From contig NC_043017.1 in assembly GCF_006345805.1 (NCBI RefSeq), positions 17,484,001 to 17,548,000 on the forward strand: DNA of 64,000 bases. Direction: 5' to 3'. A model generated the notes under the pieces. That model did not search any database. It was not told the origin of the DNA and saw only the letters and a program-made list of their open reading frames with translations. The stretch comes from Octopus sinensis. Taxonomy: Eukaryota. Each line of letters begins with the position of its first letter. Position 1 is the first letter of the stretch. This document shows, piece by piece, positions 33,736 to 46,956 of the stretch. The position numbers were made by a program, and so were the translations under genes.

Positions 33736-36700
33736 AATATATATATATATATTGTGCCAGCACCTCATAAATAGCACCCGGTGCACTCTGTAAAGTGGTT
33801 AGCATTACGAAGGGCTTCTAGCCGTTCGAAACCATAATAAAACAGATGACTGGAGGCTGGTGCAGCCCTCCAGCTTGCCAGCTCCTATCAAACCGTCCAA
33901 CCCATGCCAGCATGGAAAAACGGACAGTAAATGTTAATGATATATATGTGCGTGTGTGTGTGTCTGGACATACTAATTTTGTTGCGTTCCTTATTGTTGG
34001 AAGGTAACTGAGCCATTCTATATGGGTTGATAAAAGAAGTCCAAAACTGAAATAAGCATTGAAGTAGATGAATGACTTGAAGGTGGTACCCCAGCATGGC
34101 CACAGTCTTGAGTTCAGTTCCATTGCATGGCACCTTGAGTTAGTTTCTTTTGCTGTAGCTCTGGGCCAACCATAGCTTTGTGGGCGGATTTGGGAGATAG
34201 AAAGTGAAAGAATACTATCATGTTGATATGTATGTGTCTATATAGGGTATTCCAAAAGTCACTGATGGGTTTCAATTTTTAATAATTTCCTTAACTTTAC
34301 AAATAAATGCATGAAATTTTGATGCAATATAAAGGACATAATGGAAATTAATATGCACAAGTCAGATTTTGCAACACCACTACATCACATATGAAAAATG
34401 ACATTGCTTAAATAGCAGCCATTTTTGGCTTTACACACCCATGATCTTTCCAAAACTTGTTCCATGACACCCTCAGAAGTTTCAGACCCCACTTCTCTGA
34501 TTTCTCTATTGATGTTCTCCTTCAGTTACACCAGGGTCTCTGGTTTATTGACATAAACCCTCTCTTTCAGGTATCCCTCAAAATAAAAAGATTAAAAAAA
34601 TCCAGGCTAGTCAAATCTAGGGAACGTGAAGGCCATTCGAAGTAGACCTTACACATGGTTCCAGCAAGATGGGGCAACTGATCATACCGCTAGAGAAACA
34701 ATGCAGTGCTTTGGAGAGAGAATAATCTCCCACTATGGCAAGATCTTTACTAGCCTGGATTTTTTCTTGTGGGGATAGCTGAAAGAGGGTTTATGTCAAC
34801 AAACCAGAGACCCTGGTGTAACTGAAGAACATCAATAGAGAAATCAGAGGTGGGGTCTGAAACTCTTGAGGCTGTTATGTTGCAAGCTTTGGAAAGAGCA
34901 CTGGCATATGAAGCTGAAAATATTTGCCATTTAAGTGATGTCGTTTTTTATATGTGATGTAGTGGTGTTACAAAATTTGACTTGTGAATATTAATTTCCA
35001 TTATATATTGTATCAAAATTTCATACATTTATTTGTAAAGTTAAAGAAGTTATTAAAAATTGAAACTCATCAGTGACTTTTGGAACATCCTCTGTGTGTA
35101 TGAGTGTGTGTGTCACCAGCTTGGGTATCATATGAATGTTCTAATCTTATAAAAGTAACAATAGTTTTATAAACTTATCACAAAAAGTATAATCCCCTTA
35201 GGTATTTATATATTTAATGTGTTTTTCTATCGTGTATATACATATATATATGTACATGTAGGTGGAAAACTTGCTCCGATCTTCATGAAAAAAACAACCA
35301 GCAACAAGAAAAACGGTAAAAAATCTAAAGAATTGGAAACAGAAGAGGACAGGATGCGGCGTGCCTTTCTGATGAGTGGCCTGCCAGAGGAAGCTAAACG
35401 GCAACAACAAACCATCAACAACATTGTGAATGTAGATAGTTGTGACCATGCTCCGTTCCCCAGTGAAAATCATGTCCAGCAAATTGAACCAACAGCTGAA
35501 ATTAACCATTGGGATTTACCAGAAGTAAATTTACCATTAATTAAATTAGCACCAGCAGGGAAGCAGTCCATTAAGCCACCACCATGGAATGGATCTTTTA
35601 GTGTCAACACTGAAGCACATACACCGAATCCAAGAGTGGATCATCTGAAGGTTTGTGTTATTTTTAGCCCAGTGCAGCTTTCTCTCTGTTCCTTTCGCTC
35701 TCGCCCTTACCTTTCCTTCTTCATTTCTAAACTACCACTTCTCTCTTTCTCCCCCTTTACTCTTCTCTTTTACCCTGTTCTTCCCCTTAAATTCCTTCCT
35801 CCATCGTTGTTTAATATCCACTTTTCTGTGCCCACATGAGTTGGATGGAATTTGTTAAGGTGGATTTTATAGAATCAAATGCCCTTCCTATAACCTACCC
35901 GCAACTGTTTCCAAGTAAGGTAATATTTCCCCAATGACCAGACTTGGTTTAATGGAAGATTGAAAATGAAGGACGCTCTATGACACTGATTTACTATCAT
36001 GTGATGTCAACTCAAAGAAACACTATTACACACACTCACACACACAGCAGGCTTCTTTCAGTTTTCATCTACCAAATCCAATCACAAGGTAGAAGACACC
36101 TACCAAAGGTGCCATCCACTGGGACTGAACTCGAAACTGTGAGGTTAGGAAGTAAACTTCTCAATCACACAGGCATGTCTGCACCTTTGATGATGATGAT
36201 GATAATCATTATGATCAGCCTTTGACATTTGTCTTCCCTGTTGGCACTGGCATGGGTCGGATGGTTTGAGCAGAGCTAGCAAACTGGGGAGCTGCACCAA
36301 GTTCCAGTCTGATTTAGTATGGTTTCCAAGGCTGGATGCCTTTCCTAATGCCAACCATTTTACAGTGTGTGCTGGGCGCTTTTACTAGTCCTCCAGCATG
36401 AGCACTTACATGTGGCACCGGCACGAGTGCTTTGTACGTGGCACCAGCACAACAATAATGATGAGGATGTATAGGTGCAGGCATATGTGTGTGGTTTACA
36501 AACGTACTCCACAGCCACATGTTTAATTCTACTGGCAGATGTTTTCCTCTCTATCTTTAGATTGATCAATGCTTTTTTTTAGTGGAAATAGGTAGAACAC
36601 AAGACTGTTTCCATGATATATATCTCAGTCTCAGTTCTGGTCAGGAGCTAAAAGACAACCACCGTACCAAGCAAAAAGGTTTTCATTATTTTAGAATGTT

Positions 36701-39166
36701 CTAATTTAAGGTCTGTTTTCCATGCTGGCATGGGTTGGATGGTTTGACCAGAACTGGCAAGCTAGAGAGCTGTATCAGGCTCCAGTCTGATTTGGCTTGG
36801 TTTCTACAGCTGGTTCCTGATGCCAACCACTTTACAGTGGTACAAGACTCTTGTAGGCTAATCTCTTCACCAGAGCATGCAGCCTTTTGTGTAATTATTA
36901 TTTTATCATTTTTTTTTTTTCTTGTTTTGTTTTCAGAAATTCTCTGGTCACAGTCTCCTCTCAGCATCTAAAATTAAGATGATTCTTCAAGAAATTTATG
37001 CTGCTAATCCCTCTTATCCTGCACAACATTTCTATGATATGGCATTAAAAAGAAACAGAGTTGCTGAGAAGAATGAGAAAATCTCAGCAAAGTCAGGTAA
37101 GTTATTCCTTTCATATGCCTGTCCTCTTCAGACCACCTCTCGATTCTCTGATACAAATTTTGGATCTTTTCGGTTTGACCGGCAGTTTTTAAAAATAATT
37201 TCCATGTAACTAAACACTTTTAAACTTCGTATACTGGTAGAATGTGTTTATAAAACATTTTTTTCTCTTGGCTTTATTAAGAAAATTCTATAGTTTGTAA
37301 GATATTTGTTGTTTTTTTTCTTCAATTTCTGCAATTTCAACCAATCAATGACGTCTATTGAGGTGAAAACATTGTGCCGTATGAATATGTCCCTCGTTTA
37401 AGAAACAGATTGGGTTTATTTACACTTGTGAAGAAAAAAAGATACCCTTCCCCCCACCCTTAACCCTAACCAACCCTAAAACAGATTGAAATGCAATAGA
37501 TCGATAATAGGGTCATAATTATGGGTGACAATTTCATATGACACCACTAGAAAAAACTGCCGTTCAAACCGAAAAGATCCCAAATTTTCTATTTTAAAGT
37601 GATTTAAATTAAAAAATTTTGCATCAAAATTTCATGTTCCAAACACCCAATTAATAATGACAAAGTTAATATACTGAATTCTATGTTATTTTCAAAATTA
37701 ATTGACTCAAAAGTAGTGTGTTTTGACAGAAATATGGTAACTGCATAGCCCTCTTCATATACTGGTTCAGGCATTGTGATCTGTTGTAATCATCATCTGC
37801 TTGTTCCACCATTGAGGTCTTTGGGGATTAGTCATGCTTAGTCAGGGTCCTTGTCCTCAACCTTACTGCCAAGGGTGGCCCTACCCAGAGTTTAGAACTC
37901 TCAGCAGCATCACTACAGAAGGCACCATTCAAAACTGTAAGTAGGTTAGTTGCAGTTTGATAACTGGATCCTGCATGTTTCATGTGCCACAGAGGAATGT
38001 CATGAAATCAAGTGTATGGGTTATTTCTTGGAAAGCTGAGGTCTGCCTTAAACAAATCCATGTAATTGGCACTTATGTCTTTCTTCAATGATGGGCCTGT
38101 GGCAGTAACTAAAGAGACGATGACGAATGCACGGTGCCAAGTGGGCCACTTTTGGTAAGCAGAACTGGTGATGTGGGATTTGGTTAGAAAACAGAAAAAT
38201 TATGTGTAAAAAAGAAATATATGAGCAATAAAACTATAAACCAATATCTCTATAAATATGTAAAAAAAAAATATAAAATATGTAAGAAATATAAGTAAAA
38301 AGTATAGAGATTAAAGGTTTGTATGTGGACACAATATAGAAAGCAAGTCCTATCTGTAATCTCGGGTGGGGACCAAAGACGTAACAAATATTTAGCTACA
38401 TATGGACATGACCCGAAAAGTTCAGTTCTTGAATTTAGACATGTGGCGGGGTCTAAGCTGCTTTTCCAGATGAGCCATCTTTCTATATCACAAAGACCAC
38501 ACTTTCCACTGCCGTTGGTGTTGGGCTTACACTTGGCTAAGATCTTCCAATGGGTGTTGTAACTGACACCTTTATCCTTTAAGGACCATATATGACTGGA
38601 TAATTTGGTTGTTTTCCTTTTATCCCAGTACCTGAAGATCAAGGTGTGATTATTGAACCTGGCCTTGAAATTACCCTCTGTAAAGCCCACGTATTTCTTT
38701 GTCAAAACCATATCCTTAGTGGATTTAGAATCCACGGTGGCTTCATAAATGATGGTCTCAGACATGCAAGCTCCATTTAGCGAGCACAAATTTTTATCCC
38801 TGCATGAACAGCTGGTTTTTGTGTGTTGTGTGCGATAATATTTTTATCTGTAGTTATGCTAAGCCAGAAAGTTTTCATCAAATGGATAATGTCCTTCCTG
38901 TGCCGGTCCATTGGTATTTGCGGTTAAAGCTAGAGCATTATCTTTATAAAAGGCAAAATATACGCCAGGAAAAGTTTTGCCCAACATATCAAGTAGGAAT
39001 AGTCCAATAAGATCGCATATGCCTGCTCCATCATATGACCCCATGCTCACATCGAAAGCACCCTCTGTATCAGTAGTCTTGACCCACTCTGCATTCATTC
39101 TCGCTGAAGAATAAAGTCTTTCTAGCATGAAAGATTATGTCCTTATCCTGTGTACTTATATATATA

Positions 39167-39205
<39 letters not shown>

Positions 39206-42200
39206 GATAAGCATCTTTCAGCTTTTGTCTACCAAATCTACTCACAAGGCTTTGATTGGCCTGAGGCTATAGTAGAAGATGCTTGCTGAAGGTGTCATGC
39301 AGTGGGACTGAACCTGGAATTGTTTGGCTAGGAAGCAAGCTTTTTACCACACAGCCATGCCTGTATTGCATTTTTATATTTCTTAAATGACAATTTTTGT
39401 GGTGTCTTATGCTAGAAACTGGCAAAGAAACTGTGAATACTGAAGAAGCTGATGGTGTCACCGAAAATCAAAAGGGTAAGAGGAAAAGCAAGCGCAGCTT
39501 AAGTCGTCGGAAGTCAAACAAGAAAGATGTGGATGCTGATCTGAAAGCTGATTGTCAGAAACCAGAGATAAACGATGCCAATTCTGAAGAGAAAGGTGAG
39601 TAAAATTTGTTTTAAAATCCAGGTTTCATTTCAATTCTGGGCCTAATACTATGAGGAACTCTGCTAAAAGTACTCAAGGACCAGATTGTGGTGTTAAACT
39701 AGGCTATAAAATAAGTTTGCAGCTTCCTATTCTTATAGGAATGAACCCTTTGTTGGGCTTCTGTACAGATCCTGCTTACCAAATTTTACTGTCTTTCATC
39801 AGCCCAGGGCTTTAGCAAAAGACATTTGCTCACCATACCATGCATTGTTATTGAACCTAAAATTACATAGTTATTAAGTGAATACAAGCACAGATCCATG
39901 CTTGAGATGTGAATGATTACGACAGAAGTGTACTTGAACTGGACCTTTGTTACCTTTAATGGAATTCGTCTTGAAGCAAACAAGCAGGCCAAGTCTCTTA
40001 TTTAAGGATATCTCCCTCCCTCCTTCCTCTACACAGTTTCTATCTACCAAATCCACTCTCAAGGCTTTGGTTGGTCCAGGGCTATAGTAGAAGACACTTG
40101 CCTAAGGTGCTGTACAGTGGGACTGAACCCATAACTATGTGGTTGTGCAATGAACATTTTAATCACATAGCTATACTTGTGCATAATTGAGCAGATTTTA
40201 AAGCATACCATGAAAAATTATTAATTTAAAAGGTGCAGGCATGGCTGTGTGGTAAGAAGCTTGCTTTCTAATCACATGGTTCTAGGTTCAGTCCCACTGC
40301 ATGGCACTACAGCCTTGGGCCAACAAAAGCCTTGTGAGTGGATTTGGTAGACGGAAACTGAAAGATGCCTGTCATGTGTGTCCCACCACCACTTGACAAC
40401 TGATGTTGATGTGTTTACATCCCTGTAACTTAGTGGTTCAGCAACAGAGATTGACAGAATAAGTATCAGGCTTAGAAGTAAAATAAGTACGGGGGTTGAT
40501 TCATTCGGTTAAAAATTCTTGAAGGTGGTGCCTCAGCATGGCCACAGTCTAATGACTGAAACGAGTAAATGATAAAAGATAAAAAAAAATATATATATAT
40601 ATAATTTGAAAGTTTTAATATAAACACGTGAAAACTTGAGTTTCCAAATAATGAAACCAAAAGCAGTTTCCTACAGATTTGGTATCAAGAGGGTAAAATA
40701 AGGCCGAAAGAAAAAAAAATGTGAATGGTTATTTATTCATTTCTGATGTTTGTTATTTTATTTTATTTCCAAGTCTGTGATATTCTGTGGACTGAAAAAT
40801 ACCAACCACTTCATTCCTCTGAAATAATCTGCAACAGCAGCAATGTGAAGAAACTGAAATCTTGGCTCTTGGACTGGAAACAACGGACTGATCGAGAGGC
40901 GAGGAAATTAAAGAAGTTGTTGATGAAACAGAAGAAATCTAAGAAGAACAAAGGCAAGAACCATTGTCTTCATTTCATTTTAATAAATCTGTCACTGTAA
41001 CTTATTTTAGTAAAGTTCTTGTGAGGTCAAGGTTACTTGCATTTGAAATATCATCATCATTTAATTCTGTTCTCCATGCTGGAATGGGTTGGATAGTTTG
41101 GCAGGATAGTAAGGCGTCGAGCTGGCAGAAACGTTAGCACGCCGGGCGAAATGCGTAGCCATATTTCGTCTGCCGTTACGTTGTGAGTTCAAATTCTGCC
41201 GAGGTCGACTTTGCCTTTCATCCTTTCGGGGTCGATAAATTAAGTACCAGTTATGCACTGGGGTCGATATAATTGACTTATACCTATGTCTGTCCTTGTT
41301 TGTCTCCTCTGTGTTTAGCCCTTTGTGGGTAGTAAAGAAATAGGAGCTAGCCAGCTGAAGAGCTGTCTATGCTCCATATCTGTTTTGGCATGGTTTTTAT
41401 AGCTAGATGCCCTTCCTAACACCAACCATTTTACAGAGTGTACTGGGTGCTTTTATGTAACTCTGGTACCCACAACCCTGCAAGATTAGAAACGCTTAAC
41501 TGAAGAGAGAGATAGGGGACATACCTGACATATCTTCTCAAGCACAACTAGCTGCCTGTAATTTCAGTCCCATATCATCCCCTCTGTGAGGCCCAATATC
41601 TGTGTTTGATTTAGACATTGTGTATGATGGATTTTGCTTGATAAAGAGCAATAATATTAGATCTAGACCAGTGATATATAATGTAGCGATGTCTGATGCA
41701 AATTAATGGTGTTTGATATACCAATGATGTTTTAACAGAAGCCAGTGATGTTTTATATAAGACATTGGTCTATTATTGTAACATGTCTGAAGAGAAGATA
41801 AAAAAAAAAAGGTTTGTGAGTGTAAAGAGGAAACCTTTGTATCACATCTAAACTGAAGAGGGAAGAAAATTATTTCACTATCGGTTTTATCGTCCAACCC
41901 ATGCTAGCATGGAAAGCGGACGTTAAACAATGATGATGATGATGAACTTCTTATTGTTACTTATGAAATTTAGTAAAATTACTTAAAATAATTTATTTTT
42001 ATCTCTTTTCAGAGGAGGACAGTAACTCTATGTTGTCATGGAATGATGATGACAGTGATTTTGCTTTATCGCCAAGCGAAAGCGAAGATGATTCTCTGTG
42101 TAACACAAAACTTCTGACTGGTCCTCAAGGAATTGGGAAAACAGCTTCAGTTTATGCTTTAGCCATGGAACTTGGTTATCAGGTTGGTTTCACTTAGCAC

Positions 42201-45200
42201 ACAAATTAGTTGTAATACATGCATCTGTGTATGTGAGTGCGTGTGTGTTGACATGGCTGTATGGCAAGAAGCTTGCTTCCCAACCACATGGTTCTGGGTT
42301 CAGTCCTACTGCCTGGCACCTTGGGCAAGTGTCTTCTCTATGGCCTCAAGCAAACCAAAGCCTCGTGAGTGGATTTGGTAGATGAAAACTGAAAGAAGCC
42401 CAGCATGGAGAAATAGACATTAAACCAACGATGATCATAGCAGTGATGGGATATGTATTGTAAATAATTTACTTTCTTTGCAGGTCTTTGAAGTGAATGC
42501 TTCGTCAGTTCGCAGTGGGAAGAAAATCTTAACCCGATTACAAGAGGCCACGCAATCTCATCAAGTCAGTAAAGACAAATCCGACTCGACTATCCTTTCT
42601 CAACCTTCAACAGGTAAAGTTTTTAAAATATTTCACAAATTCACCCCTCTTCTTATTAATTCTCAAAGTTTTCTTTAAAATAAAAGAAAGTCAAGAACAG
42701 ATTAAATGAAAAGAACTTCTGTTTAATGTCACAATACCTTTAGTTCTTTTAACCCAATGGATTAATATCATGGCTATGTGGGTAAGAAGTTTGTTCTGTT
42801 GCCACATGGTTCTGAGTTCAATGTCACTGCACAGCACCTTGGGCAAATATCTACTAACATGGCCTTGAGTTAACCAGTACCTCGTGAAACAATTGTAGGT
42901 GTGGTGTCATGATATACTGCTTGCCCTCAACTTCCGATGGAGTTACAAACTGCCACCAGGACATACTAGTCTCCTCCTCTGCTGCAATTAATTTCAAATC
43001 TCTGGTGTCTATTAATGATTTGCCTGTCCATTCCTTGAGCTTGTTGCTCCTTTCCTCTTCCACAATTCCTTTTAAAAACAAGGCCTCTAGATATTGACAT
43101 TACCATCTCATCTTTCTTTTCTTCACTGTTGTGAGGTCTTCATGGGAGAGGGGATTATATGATGCTGGACGGTCATTTGTGATGTAGTCCAAATATGAGA
43201 TCCTTAATATAACATCTCATTTCCATCTCTCTTTCTCTCTCACTCAATCTTTCTCGTATATTATTCTTTGTTGTCTATCTATTACCTATCTTTTTTTGAA
43301 GCATCTCTTCCTTCTATGTGTCCCTCTTTAATAAGGTCTCCTGATTTCTGTCTCTGTTTCTCTGCTAGGAGACTCTATGTGTTAGATGTCTTCAGGTAGT
43401 TGGACAGCAACCAGTACATGCAAGAGTCTTGTTCTTCTTGGTGTTGTCTAGCTCCAAGTTAACTCTGATTGTGTAGAATTATGTGGGACCAAAGTGGTCT
43501 TGCCTTGACAATTGTATCGTTTATTTTTTTGGACAGTCTATCTAGGATTACATTACCCAGTGTATTCTTTCACATCGGTGTAGTTATTCTTTGGCCCTTA
43601 CATTTGCTTTCTTCCTCCAGGTCTTATAGTCAGAGATACCCTCCCTCCATGACTAGCCAGTCTTTTATTCAGATACACTGTATCTTGGTCTACCTTCTAC
43701 AGTGTGTCCATTCACTTTTTAAAATAATAGTCAAGGTTGTTGTTGAACAAGTCAAACCTGTTCCTATAGAACTAAGGTCAAAGACATCCTCCACCCTTGT
43801 GACTTTCCCATCTTTAATCCAGACATAATGCACCTAGGAATCCATTATTCAGTGTGTTCTTTTTATTATTGGCCTGGTGATATTGTTTGTTTCTTTTTAT
43901 GGCTAGTTTTCCATGCTAGCAGAGCTTAGAGGAATGAATATGTTATTGGGGTATTGTTTAACAGCAGGATACTCTCCCTGTTGCTAACCCTTACCTGATT
44001 TTCAAGTCAGGGCTGTTTTCTTTCACATATTTTCAGGGGCTCAAAGTTAGACAATTTATTGACAGGAGAAGAAGTAACAACACCTTATAAGGTGTTAGCC
44101 ATTCCTACACACACACACTTACACTGTACAGTTACTTATCAAAACTGTTTTCTCTTTCAGATGTCCCAAATGCACCTCTGAAGAATCTTGATGCTCCATC
44201 ATTTTCTACCTTCTTCAAGATGAATGTAGGTAATACAGCATCTGATAAGAGTTCTAAAAGTGAGAAGAAATTAGTTGGCGCCAGTTTGGCTGGGAAGTTA
44301 CCAAATAATAAAAGAAAGAAGAACGAGAAAGCTGTTTGTGAGTTGTTTTAGTTTACTCAGAATGTGTGTGTGTGTTTGTATATGTACATGAGTGTGTCTA
44401 TATGTACATGATGTATATATGTTCGTGTGTATACGTATGTGCATGTACATGTGTATACTTGGTGTATGTATATAAAATTCATGTTCACTTAGTGGTGTTG
44501 GTCAACTCCTGTCCAGAACAGATCTATGATTGAAAGTGTTTCAGCTGTGACTTGGGAATCTTTTGACACATCCTGAATCCTCTTCAGCTATATAGGATGG
44601 AAAGTCACTGGAGAGGTCACAGGATGTGTGACGAAAGATTTCAGACAAAGGACACTAAAATAAGAATAATGAAGCTGAAGTGAAGAACAGTATGTGTGGT
44701 CATTTGGCAAAAAAAAAGGAAGGAAAAGACCATCCCCAAGTATAACAAAATCTGTTTCAGCACGCAATTTCACATCAGGTATCTTGCAAGACAAATATAT
44801 AAATGGAACCATAATTGTAATTTTTTTTTTCTTTTCTTAAATTAGTGCCTGTCAAAAATACAATACCTCGTTGTGTTATCCGAAAATCCTCTGAGACTGG
44901 TTCTTGGAAGAAAATCGACGTTGTTGACACCAACGTAAGCAACTCCCTCAGTTCTTCTGATAAGGTTTCCAATCGACTCAACATTGCCAGTACATCTCTC
45001 ATTCTGTTTGATGAAGTAAGTATGTTTCAATATTATTTGTTATATTCTGCTGAAGTTGACTTTCCCTTTCATCTTTTCAGGGTTGATAAGTACCAGTTGA
45101 GTACTGGGGTTAATGTAATCAACTTGCCCCCTCCCCCGAAGAGTCTACTAACATGATACCAGCATGTATCAGTTCTGTTGTGGCAGACGGGTCTTCTTGA

Positions 45201-46923
45201 GTACAGCTATGTGCCAGATCTCTTCAGTCATGCTATTTGAGATCAGCCTTCATTACTTTGTCCCATGTCTTCCTTGGTCTCCCTCTTCCACAAGTTCCAT
45301 CCACTTTGTGATTGGCACTTCTGCATACAACTGTCTACATCCATACATAACATATGACCAAACTAGTGCAGTCTTCTCTCTTATGCACTGCATCTAATTT
45401 CTCTTATGCCAAACTTTTCCCTCAAAACACTAACACTCTGCCACACGTGTAAATATAGCACAAGCCCTCAGAAATTCCAGGTCGGTGCCTGGTGTACTGG
45501 AGGACCACTGGTAGTGAGGTACTCCTTAGCTTTTGTTAAAGCATGTCTCTAGAACCCACTTCAAAACCAGGCTATGTCTGCTTCAATAACCAACAGTGAC
45601 TTCGTCAGTAGATCCTCTGCCTGCAACAGTCATTGATCAATGGCAAGATGAGCTGCTATGGATCACACCATCTCAAAGTGTGTATGTGACCTGAGACCAC
45701 ATGTGAACTTGTATTCCCACTGAAACTCCTAAACATGAACTCTTACACTTCAACAAGATGACCTTGTTGGTTGGAGCTAGTTTAACCCACCCTGGGTGTG
45801 AATGCCACTGCTTGTACCAGTGAGTACAAATATTTAAATGTGATTCTGGAGTTTGCCTTTTGGCAGAATCGTTAGCACGCCGGGCGAAATGCGTAGCTGT
45901 ATTTCGTCTGCCGTTACGTTCTGAGTTCAAATTCCGCCAAGGTCGACTTTGCCTTTCATCCTTTCAGGGTCGATAAAGTACCAGCAGTTATGCACTGGGG
46001 TCGATGTAATCGACTTAATTCCTTTGTCTGTCTTTGTTTGTCCCCTCTATGTTTAGCCCCTTGTGGGCAATAAAGAAATATATATTTGTTAATTTCAGGT
46101 TGATATTGTATTTGAGGAAGACAAAGGGTTTTGGACAGCCATTCTTCAGTTTATGTCTTCTACCAAAAGACCCATTATTTTGACTTCTACGTCGGCAGAC
46201 TTCAGCGAACAATTTACCGGGTCCTGTGAGCCACTACACTTTCACACGCCATCTAGAGTAAGTATGTTCCAAAGATAGTTTTTGGCAAAGAATTATATAC
46301 TCCAGTGTCTATAAAATAGGTTGACTTGAAAGTATACTCTCTCAGTATTCTTAACTCTTTAGTATGTAAACCAGCCAAAATATTCCAGCTGTTTTATGCT
46401 CAAACTGTCCAGATCTGGCCTCTCACACCAACCCTACAATACCATTCTAAAAATTATCTCATCAAAATCTCATAGCTACAAGATAATGCATGATTAATTC
46501 AAAGCGAATTATATATATATATAATTATATAAATGTATGTGTATTTTTCATTGTGTACAAATAACACGGAAAATAATAAATAAATAGTTACCAGGGTAGC
46601 AAAAATTCATGTAAGTGCCAAGGATGTGACAGCCTACATATAAAGGTAGTAGCTCCAGGGTTTAATGAAATGTTTTTCTATAACATAGGTAAATTAAGAA
46701 ATGGAGTTAAATGCATGTGTTATTCAAATCTTTATACTTTCGACATATGTTTCGAAGAAAACATTGGTATTATTCCTGAGGGAATAAAATGATATAAAAC
46801 AATGTAATCATCTTGTCGGGGGGAAAATGAGATGTTTTGTTTCTCTTTTTATCCTTCGAAACATATGTCGGAAGTATAAAGAGTTGAATAGCACCTGTGT
46901 TTAACTCTCTTTCTCTCTCTCGC

Positions 46924-46956
<33 letters not shown>

